Positions 1 to 6,603 of a stretch of 20,521 bases of DNA are shown here, in pieces. Location: the UHGV virus genome UHGV-0255412, one strand, 5' to 3'. Origin of the DNA: a virus. Both the position numbers and the translations under genes were made by a program. The notes under the pieces were generated by a model. The model did not search any database. It saw only the letters and a list, made by a program, of their open reading frames with translations, and was not told the origin of the DNA. The first letter of the stretch is position 1; each line of letters opens with the position of its first letter.

Positions 1-2144
1 TACATCTGCACACCATGCCGCCGCATTATGACGCACTGACAACAGACAAGGACCGGAGGAACGCACCGGATACGGAACTGCTGCCGGGCGCAATCCTTCG
101 CCTGACCTGTGCGGAATGGTGGAAACGCAAACTGTGGCTGTTACGTTGCGAGTGGAGAGAGGAACAACTCCGCGCCGCCTGTCTGGTTTCCAGAAAAACA
201 TCGCCCTATCTGAGCCAGGACGCGTTAAGCGAGTTTCGCGCACAGCGCGAGAAAACTCGCGATTTTCTGAAAAGTTTCATGCTGGAAAACGAAGACGGCT
301 TCACGATTGATCTCGAGACAGTGTATTACGCGGGAGTCAGTAACCCGGTTCACCGTAAGGCAGAAATGATGGCCACCATGAAGGGACTGGAACTTCTGGC
401 CGAAGCCCGTGGCGACAAAGCGGTGTTTCTGACTGTCACATGCCCGTCAAAATACCACGCCACAACAGAGAACGGTCATCCGAACCCCAAATGGAACGGG
501 GCCACCATGCGCGACTCCAGCGATTACCTGGTTAACACGTTTTTTGCGGCGGTCCGCAAGAAACTGAACCGCGACGGCCTGCGCTGGTATGGCATCCGCA
601 CGGTGGAGCCTCACCATGACGGCACTGTGCACTGGCATATGATGGTCTTTGCTCATCCGGAAGAAATCGACAGCATCGTGGCCATCACCCGCGATATTGC
701 CATTCAGGAAGACCGCCACGAGCTGGGCAATGATATTACTCCGCGCTTTAAGGCGGAGTATGTCGACGGCTCAAAAGGCACGCCAACCAGCTACATCGCC
801 ACCTACATCGGAAAGAACCTGGACAGCCGCGCCGTGGATGACATCGACCCGAAAACGGGCAAGCCACGCGTTGACCACGAAACCGGAAAATCAATGGCCG
901 AGAGTGTGGAGCGCGCCATCGGCTGGGCGCGCCTTCATCGGGTCCGCCAGTTCCAGTTCTTTGGCATCCCCTCCCGTCAGGTGTGGCGTGAACTGCGCCG
1001 CCTTGCCAGCCAGATGGCACGCAACCCGGAAGGCCCGCAACGACTGAAAGATGACGCAATGGATGCGGTACTCGCTGCCGCCGATGCCGGGTGTTTTGCC
1101 ACCTACATTGAAAAACAGGGCGGCGTACTTGTTCCACGCAAAGACTACCTGATTCGCACCGCCTACGACCTCGCAGATGAGCTGAATGATTACGGCGAAC
1201 AGAGCGTACAGATTTACGGGATCTGGTCACCACTCATCGGGGAATCCTCCCGTGTGTGCACGCATCCGGATAACTGGAAACTGGTAAGACGTAAACCGGA
1301 AACGGAAGACAGCGCCCGCGAAAATGGTTTTGACCTTCAGGGCGGCCCTGCCGCCCCTTGGACTCGTGGCAATAACTGTCCCCGTGTACAGGAAACGGAC
1401 AACAACGGGACAGAACAGCCGGAAGAACGGCCAGCACCGTGGCCGCAGCTTCCTGACGGCGTTGACGTGAATGAATGGATGCGCTCACTGAAACGGCACG
1501 AACGCCGGGCGCTGATGCGTTCGCTGCGTGACAAACAGGCAAAAAACAGCAGTGATGAAATGCAGAACTGGACACAGAGCCGCAAACAGCCACGGCCTTT
1601 GCCTGATAACCACGAGTTACTCGCTAAAGAATGGCGGGAGTCTGCTGAATCTCTCGGCCTGCATATCGGTGAACAGCAGATGCAGCACCTGTTACGGGGC
1701 GGCAGTCTGTACGTTGACGGCAGCATCATTGCACCGCAGGGATTTGAAATTGTACGCAAACCGGATACCCGCCCGGACAGCCGAATCACGCAGCTCTGGC
1801 AGCGCCTGAGCCGTAATCATGGCGTAAGCAGCACGGAGATCCGCCATAACCCGGTCGCCAGCTATCTGGCACAGCTGGGGGCATCAGACCCCGAAGCAGC
1901 CGCACGCCTGGCATCCACACTTCAGCAGGACCAGAACACCATGAAAACACCCGTTACTGTGCTTTCTGACATGCTGCGCGCCATCCGCGACGCAGAGCAC
2001 GCACAGAGAATCAGTGAAACCACTGAACGCGCCAGCCGCAAAGCAGACCTGCTGCGGGGTGGCCTGACCAGCGGAAACAAAAAACAGACAGAAACGGGAC
2101 TCACGAATCCCGTAAATGAGCAAAAAACGCGCAGTGATATATGA
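1..2144 (+). CDS. A: Replication initiation endonuclease gpA (rolling-circle HUH nickase), 5'-partial at window edge
   Basis: Reading frame is open from the window start (frame 3), with no in-frame stop before the first Met at 15. Contains an HUH-type motif (TVHWHMMVF) and a tyrosine pair (YIATYIGKN) typical of P2 gpA-family initiators. Aligns from memory to the central and C-terminal part of P2 A. Position upstream of the accessory locus matches P2 synteny. Confidence 0.85.
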   Translation, partial: HLHTMPPHYDALTTDKDRRNAPDTELLPGAILRLTCAEWWKRKLWLLRCEWREEQLRAACLVSRKTSPYLSQDALSEFRAQREKTRDFLKSFMLENEDGFTIDLETVYYAGVSNPVHRKAEMMATMKGLELLAEARGDKAVFLTVTCPSKYHATTENGHPNPKWNGATMRDSSDYLVNTFFAAVRKKLNRDGLRWYGIRTVEPHHDGTVHWHMMVFAHPEEIDSIVAITRDIAIQEDRHELGNDITPRFKAEYVDGSKGTPTSYIATYIGKNLDSRAVDDIDPKTGKPRVDHETGKSMAESVERAIGWARLHRVRQFQFFGIPSRQVWRELRRLASQMARNPEGPQRLKDDAMDAVLAAADAGCFATYIEKQGGVLVPRKDYLIRTAYDLADELNDYGEQSVQIYGIWSPLIGESSRVCTHPDNWKLVRRKPETEDSARENGFDLQGGPAAPWTRGNNCPRVQETDNNGTEQPEERPAPWPQLPDGVDVNEWMRSLKRHERRALMRSLRDKQAKNSSDEMQNWTQSRKQPRPLPDNHELLAKEWRESAESLGLHIGEQQMQHLLRGGSLYVDGSIIAPQGFEIVRKPDTRPDSRITQLWQRLSRNHGVSSTEIRHNPVASYLAQLGASDPEAAARLASTLQQDQNTMKTPVTVLSDMLRAIRDAEHAQRISETTERASRKADLLRGGLTSGNKKQTETGLTNPVNEQKTRSDI

Positions 2145-2191
2145 AGCGCGCACAAAGCAGGCAAAAACGGGATTTCAGAATCCCGTAAACG
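2094..2191. repeat. Two copies of a ~26-bp palindrome-containing element (gaaACGGGAcTcacgAaTCCCGTaaa at 2092-2116; aaaACGGGATTtcagAATCCCGTaaa at 2168-2193)
   Basis: Read directly from the sequence. The second copy is a perfect 8-bp inverted repeat with a 4-nt spacer; the first is an imperfect version inside the last codons of gene A. The copies are ~76 bp apart and lie just upstream of the parM-like gene. Confidence 0.6.
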
Positions 2192-2220
2192 ATTAATTAA
2201 TCAACATAAGGAAAAGCGAC

Positions 2221-3180
2221 ATGAAAATTTGTATCGACGACGGCTCCACCAACATCAAGCTGGCATGGACTGAGAACGGCGAACGCCGCAACGCCATCAG
2301 CCCGAACAGCTTCAAGTCGGAATGGTCTGCGCCGTTCGGTGGCACGCAGCCCGCGAACTACATGCTTGATGGCGTGCGCTATGGTTTTGATCCGGTCAGC
2401 GATCGCTTTGTCCAGACGACCGACACGCAATACCAATACAGCGATGTGAATGTCATTGCCATTCATCACGCGCTGGTCAAATCAGGCATCACGCCACAGG
2501 AGGTGGATGTGGTTGTCACCCTGCCACTGAGCGAGTATTTCGACACAAACGCACAGCCGGACATGGCCAACATCAACCGCAAAAAAGCGAACGTTATGCG
2601 CCCGGTGGAGTACCAGAACGGTGAGGCATTCACTATCCGTAACGTGCGGGTTATGCCTGAATCCATTCCGGCAGGCTTTAAGGCACTGGCTGACATGAGT
2701 CCGTTTGAATCCCTGCTGATTGTGGATTTGGGCGGAACCACGCTGGATGTGGCAAAGGTTCAGGGACAACTGGCAGGTATCAGCCAGGTGTTTTGCGATC
2801 CACACGTAGGCGTTTCCCTGATGGCCGATGCCGTACTGTCGGTGATGGCCACTAACGGTATGCGTACCAGTCACCACATCGCCAATACCATTATCGAACA
2901 TCGCCATGATGAAGCCTGGCTGCGCCAGCACATCCACAATGACGCGCATTACGTCAGCCTGATGGCGGTTATTCGTGAAAAGGAAGAAACACTGAAACAA
3001 CGCGTGATCCGCGCGCTGGCGGGTTTTTCGGGTTACGGGCGGGTGATGGTTGTCGGTGGCGGGGCGGAGATTGTGGCACCCGCTATCCGCGAAGCCTGCG
3101 GAGTTAATGCGACTTTCATCGCGGACGAGGTGCCACAGTTTGCTCTGGTTAATGGGCTGTACGCAATGGACAAGGAGTAA
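2221..3180 (+). CDS. parM: ParM/StbA-family actin-like partition ATPase
   Basis: N-terminus MKICIDDGSTNIKLAW...ISPNSFKSEW...YSDVNVIAIHHAL...EVDVVVTLPL...DLGGTTLDV closely matches my recollection of plasmid R1 ParM (MLVFIDDGSTNIKLQW...). RBS AAGGAA 7 nt upstream of the ATG. 319 aa, typical ParM length. Confidence 0.85.
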   Translation: MKICIDDGSTNIKLAWTENGERRNAISPNSFKSEWSAPFGGTQPANYMLDGVRYGFDPVSDRFVQTTDTQYQYSDVNVIAIHHALVKSGITPQEVDVVVTLPLSEYFDTNAQPDMANINRKKANVMRPVEYQNGEAFTIRNVRVMPESIPAGFKALADMSPFESLLIVDLGGTTLDVAKVQGQLAGISQVFCDPHVGVSLMADAVLSVMATNGMRTSHHIANTIIEHRHDEAWLRQHIHNDAHYVSLMAVIREKEETLKQRVIRALAGFSGYGRVMVVGGGAEIVAPAIREACGVNATFIADEVPQFALVNGLYAMDKE

Positions 3181-3184
3181 ACCA

Positions 3185-3496
3185 ATGACGACACCAACCA
3201 GACGGATAAGTTTCTATCTGAAGCCCGCCGCCGTCAAGAATGAAGGCGAAGCATGCGCATGGCTGGACAGCCTTACACCAGAAGCCCGCAAAAGCGGCCA
3301 ACGCGTGGCTTTTCTGGCCGGGCTGGCACTTCTGAAAATGAATCCGGCAGAGGCTTACCGACTGGCTGCATGGGCTGACGATGAGGCGTTATCAGTGACA
3401 CAAACCAGGACAGAGTGCCCCTTGTCACAGCCAGTACCAACCGCACAGATAACCAGTCAGATGGCTGGGAATATCCGGGCGTTGTTTCCTGAATAA
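3185..3496 (+). CDS. parR: ParR/StbB-like partition adaptor (DNA-binding)
   Basis: 104-aa ORF immediately after parM, with AGGAG 7 nt upstream of the ATG at 3185. The N-terminal pattern RRISFYLKP...LDSLTPEARKSGQRVAFLAGLALLK resembles R1 ParR (RRTIAFKLNP...LDSIPQGERSRLNRAALTAGLALYR). The longer track ORF starting at 3050 overlaps parM and was trimmed. Confidence 0.7.
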   Translation: MTTPTRRISFYLKPAAVKNEGEACAWLDSLTPEARKSGQRVAFLAGLALLKMNPAEAYRLAAWADDEALSVTQTRTECPLSQPVPTAQITSQMAGNIRALFPE

Positions 3497-3503
3497 CACA
3501 ACA

Positions 3504-3523
3504 TCAGGGCGAGTTCGCCCTGA
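3504..3523. terminator. Perfect hairpin (TCAGGGCGA-gt-TCGCCCTGA) between convergent genes; possible bidirectional terminator
   Basis: 9-bp perfect inverted repeat between the parR stop (3496) and the stop of the minus-strand 198-aa gene (3542). No strong T-tract on either side, so terminator function is uncertain. Confidence 0.4.
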
Positions 3524-3541
3524 TGCACAAAGCATGCTAAA

Positions 3542-4138
3542 TCAGAATTTAGTATGCAATTTATCTACCAATCGCTTAGCCTCATTAAGTAGTTTTTGGT
3601 ATTCCCTGCTATCGTTTTCCTGATCTTCATACGCTCGCCGAACACGCCATCGAAGAGCAAGGCATTTTAAATTCCGGTAAAACCTCGGATTACGCTTGCG
3701 GCACTCTTCCATATAAGGTTCAAAATGGACATCAAGAAAGATTAAGGTAGAACCATAAACACGATATAGATACCGCTCATCATACAAACCGTTATTCACG
3801 GCATTAGCACAACGCTCCCACTCATTAAAAATGAGTTTTAATGCTTTTGCTCCATCCGTTTGAGAATATTCCTCTTTTCCCCAATCAGCGATCGGAAAGT
3901 TATGGCGATCCTTATGAATACGTAGCACTTCTGACCACGCATCAACTATGTCCTTGTTACGTTTATATGCAGCCTCGAAATCCAACGAATTTTTTTCGCG
4001 CGACGTTTTTCTTTGATTTCGTATGCTAATCACTGCAATAAGCGCACCCGCAGCTCCTGGATAAAACGTAGGGCTGGATTCCCAAATACTGGAAAAAATT
4101 TTTCCTATATAACTAAGGGCAGAAAGAACTAGATCCAT
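3542..4138 (-). CDS. Hypothetical protein (198 aa) with a hydrophobic N-terminus; candidate accessory or defence cargo
   Basis: Long ORF on the minus strand within a visibly AT-rich segment that contrasts with the GC-rich phage backbone. N-terminal hydrophobic stretches (LVLSALSYIGKIF..., GAAGALIAVISI) suggest a membrane anchor. I recognise no family from the sequence. Confidence 0.6.
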   Translation of the reverse strand: MDLVLSALSYIGKIFSSIWESSPTFYPGAAGALIAVISIRNQRKTSREKNSLDFEAAYKRNKDIVDAWSEVLRIHKDRHNFPIADWGKEEYSQTDGAKALKLIFNEWERCANAVNNGLYDERYLYRVYGSTLIFLDVHFEPYMEECRKRNPRFYRNLKCLALRWRVRRAYEDQENDSREYQKLLNEAKRLVDKLHTKF

Positions 4139-4149
4139 TGTATTTAACC

Positions 4150-4174
4150 ATAAAAAATGGGAGCCAAAGCCCCC
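4150..4174 (-). terminator. Intrinsic-terminator-like hairpin plus U-tract on the minus strand, 12 nt upstream of the 198-aa gene start
   Basis: Minus-strand RNA would read GGGGGC-uuug-GCUCCC (6-bp stem with one G-U pair) followed by AUUUUUUAU. On the plus strand the same stem has an A-C mismatch, so the structure is better on the minus strand. Confidence 0.45.
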
Positions 4175-4206
4175 ATTCTACTGAAACTACTCTAAAAAAA
4201 CAGGAG

Positions 4207-4251
4207 TTAAACGTCCCAGTTTTCTTCGCTATAGATGCGGCGTACGGTCAT
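4207..4251 (-). CDS. Candidate 14-codon leader peptide (MTVRRIYSEENWDV) with a strong Shine-Dalgarno sequence
   Basis: Minus-strand AGGAGA 7 nt upstream of an ATG, then 14 codons and TAA, followed by the terminator-like hairpin and the 198-aa gene. Too short to call from composition alone. Confidence 0.2.
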   Translation of the reverse strand: MTVRRIYSEENWDV

Positions 4252-4491
4252 AGTTAGTCTCCTCTTTTCAATCATTTAAACATCACTAATTTACTTTTAA
4301 CATGGAGATGGTTTTACAGTTGTCAACCACCTCCCCCAAATCTGTTGGGGTAAGCTATCACGCCTACCATACACATACAATGATGAGGCTATATCGTGCA
4401 GCCACACCGACAAGGATAAGTACATCTTCTTCGCTGTCTTTATGTGACCAAATATAGCACATTTGAAGCGATATACATCCTGTAATGATAC

Positions 4492-4518
4492 TGCACAATA
4501 GTGCACAAATTTGCACAA
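4492..4518. repeat. Three direct TGCACAA repeats phased at exactly 10 bp (cTGCACAAta gTGCACAAat tTGCACAAtt)
   Basis: Read directly from the sequence at 4492-4498, 4502-4508 and 4512-4518. Additional copies of the heptamer occur at 4584-4590 and 3524-3530. Confidence 0.6.
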
Positions 4519-4891
4519 TTTTTTTGAACGACTTTTTGCCCTTCCGGCCCGCGTGGCGGCTGGATCCGTCAAGGATCCGTGCGTGCACAAAAAAACACGC
4601 TTTTTCTGCGCGCAGGTGACGGGGGAACAGCCCGCGTTTCAGGGGGTAAATAGCATTCCCTGAACGATGTCGCAGCGACACAACAGAATGGCTGTATCGC
4701 TCACGCTGAGCGTGAAAAAGACGTAAGGTGTTCTGATTTGATGGTATGAAAGGTAAGGCCGTCAAAATCGCACTGAGGCGGCGAGAACATGCAGTCAGCG
4801 CGGCGGGATTGTGTAAGAGTCTGGCCGTCGATGATAGCGATAAGTCGGAAGACGTCGTGAAATTATCTGATTGATACAGGAGCTGGAGAGT

Positions 4892-4916
4892 CGGGGCATA
4901 AATTTTTTATGCCCCG
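4892..4916. repeat. Near-perfect 25-bp palindrome / hairpin (CGGGGCATAAA-ttt-TTTATGCCCCG)
   Basis: 11-bp stem with a 3-nt loop, read directly. No trailing T-tract on either strand, so not a canonical intrinsic terminator. Lies ~100 bp upstream of the 175-aa gene. Confidence 0.5.
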
Positions 4917-5017
4917 GCGAAGCAGCAGACAAGCGAAGCGCGTCAGTGATGCGGCACCTTGCCGACCACACTTCATAAGTGCAAAATACGAGCAAAGAAA
5001 TCAATGGAGGCTGTTCT

Positions 5018-5542
5018 ATGGTCATTAATTACAAGCAGTTACGAGAAAAACGAGATCAGGTAAAGGAGAGTTTTCGCCGCAATGAAGACCTGACCCCGCT
5101 TGTACGCATTGCCCAGGGAATTGTTGATGCTTATGAAATCTCTCTGGAGCTGCCATCACAGACATGGACGGATAGCGACGGTAATCGCCAGCATTACGTT
5201 TCATGCGGACTGGAAACGGCTGAAGGGTTTCGCAGAATGCCTTTATCTCAGATTCCTGCCGCTACCCCCAAAGCAAGGGGCGGCAATGATGAGCGAAAAC
5301 TGATTTTCAGCATTGAGACAGTGGTTGACGACACACCTGGCGAAGTCGCCTTCGTGCATACTCCTCTTTCGATCGCAATGTATAACGATGAAATACAGGT
5401 TCGCGTTAATAATAATATCGTGCCACTTAAAGAAGGTAATTCACCATACACCACCGTTTGTGAAGCCATTCAATATTACGTTCTCTCTGAAATTGATAAT
5501 CTCAAGCCTGACGGCACCCAGAAAATGGTTCAACTCTGGTAA
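5018..5542 (+). CDS. Hypothetical protein (175 aa); orphan accessory gene
   Basis: GGAGG 7 nt upstream of the ATG at 5018. The track ORF from 4979 has no RBS and was trimmed. Followed by a strong terminator. No recognisable motifs. Confidence 0.6.
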   Translation: MVINYKQLREKRDQVKESFRRNEDLTPLVRIAQGIVDAYEISLELPSQTWTDSDGNRQHYVSCGLETAEGFRRMPLSQIPAATPKARGGNDERKLIFSIETVVDDTPGEVAFVHTPLSIAMYNDEIQVRVNNNIVPLKEGNSPYTTVCEAIQYYVLSEIDNLKPDGTQKMVQLW

Positions 5543-5547
5543 AAAGG

Positions 5548-5574
5548 ACAGCCCCATCACGGGGCTGTTTTTTC
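5548..5574. terminator. Rho-independent terminator (CAGCCCC-atcac-GGGGCTG followed by TTTTTT), shared by convergent genes
   Basis: 7-bp GC-rich stem and T6 run directly after the stop of the 175-aa gene. The stop codon of minus-strand gene Q (5557-5559) lies inside the loop, and an A-run on the other side would give a U-tract for the minus-strand transcript. Confidence 0.65.
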
Positions 5575-6603
5575 ATCAAGAAGAGCATAAGAATTAAAAC
5601 GGATCACCTCTTCGCCAAGCCAGTCATTGATGTGCTTCATGGCCTCCATAACGGGCATCAGCTCGTTAATTGCGTAAACCCGCGCGGCCTTTTCCACATC
5701 ACCAAACGCACTTTTTTCACCCGGCATCGCCCCCATCAGTTGCGGCGGAACGCGGTGCGCAGCCAGCACATCATCACGGGATGCCGCCTTAACATTCATG
5801 AACTCATCCTTTGCGGTGATCTGCTGGAACGGCAAAATTTGCACACCTTCTTTGCCCCCGTTGGGCGCATGAATGAGCACGTTTTTAAACGCACCACCAC
5901 CACGTGCACCCTGTAGCGTTTCTTTCAGGGAGTCCATGCTTTCGCGGTTTACCTGCGCTGCACCGATGTAGATGATACACCCGGCGTGGGATCCGTTGTC
6001 GTAATACAGTTTTCTGAACATGTCCGCCGAATGAGACAGGCTGGCCGAGAGTAATGCGCCGAGATATTCCGGCATGCCGTAGATTTCCTGGTTAATGTCA
6101 GGATTCATCAGGTGGCACACTTTGCCAGGGCGAAACTGAAACGCGTCCTTGCCATCCTGCACATACCACCATGATTCAAGATCGCTTCCGCGTCGCATGT
6201 ATTTCGCCAGTGCGTGCCGTAATTTAAGCGGTTCGCCGAGCATATTGTTTCGAAGCTCAAGGAATGCGTTACCGAACACAAACCAGTCCAGCGCCAGCGC
6301 CGAGAAATCCTGCCGGGAAAGCAGCGGGTGCGGGATGTAGCAACCGAGTAATACATTGCGCTTAAAGTAAAGCGCAGACTGATGCCAGGACGTTTGCCGG
6401 GCAGCTCTTGCCAGACCGTACCAGTCCACCGGGGTTTCATACCACCGCCCGTTATCAGCACAGTACATATTGTCCAGCAGGTCATGCCCGGTCAGGCGAT
6501 AAGGACCATCAAATGTGAATGCACTGAGCGATGATTCTTTCCTGAGCGCATCAGCGAGATCAATGCGTGAACTCATGCGCACTTTTTTATTTTTTCTGCT
6601 CAT
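5557..6603 (-). CDS. Q: Portal protein gpQ
   Basis: 348 aa (P2 Q is ~344 aa). Sits directly downstream of, and 1 nt overlapped with, the terminase gene on the minus strand, as in the P2 P-Q operon. Confidence 0.85.
   Translation of the reverse strand: MSRKNKKVRMSSRIDLADALRKESSLSAFTFDGPYRLTGHDLLDNMYCADNGRWYETPVDWYGLARAARQTSWHQSALYFKRNVLLGCYIPHPLLSRQDFSALALDWFVFGNAFLELRNNMLGEPLKLRHALAKYMRRGSDLESWWYVQDGKDAFQFRPGKVCHLMNPDINQEIYGMPEYLGALLSASLSHSADMFRKLYYDNGSHAGCIIYIGAAQVNRESMDSLKETLQGARGGGAFKNVLIHAPNGGKEGVQILPFQQITAKDEFMNVKAASRDDVLAAHRVPPQLMGAMPGEKSAFGDVEKAARVYAINELMPVMEAMKHINDWLGEEVIRFNSYALLDEKTAP

Noticed and set aside
447-1789. Several minus-strand ORFs (447-719, 748-1233, 1234-1593, 1337-1789) inside gene A
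   Set aside because: Arg/Cys-rich shadow frames antisense to the HUH replication gene.
2482-3000. 172-aa minus-strand ORF
   Set aside because: Antisense to the well-supported parM gene, with no RBS or homology signal.
3050-3184. N-terminal extension of the parR ORF overlapping parM
   Set aside because: The ATG at 3185 has a canonical AGGAG RBS and sits just after the parM stop. The extension would overlap parM by 130 nt with no ribosome-binding site.
4315-4330. Sigma-70 promoter for the minus-strand leader/198-aa unit (TTGACA at 4321-4326 on the minus strand)
   Set aside because: A good -35 hexamer is present, but no convincing -10 hexamer lies at 16-19 bp spacing, so no promoter is called.
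4297-5025. Minus-strand ORFs in the 4.3-5.0 kb interval (97, 133 and 76 aa)
   Set aside because: Arg/Cys/His-rich, no RBS, overlapping each other and the candidate regulatory repeats. The interval is more plausibly non-coding.
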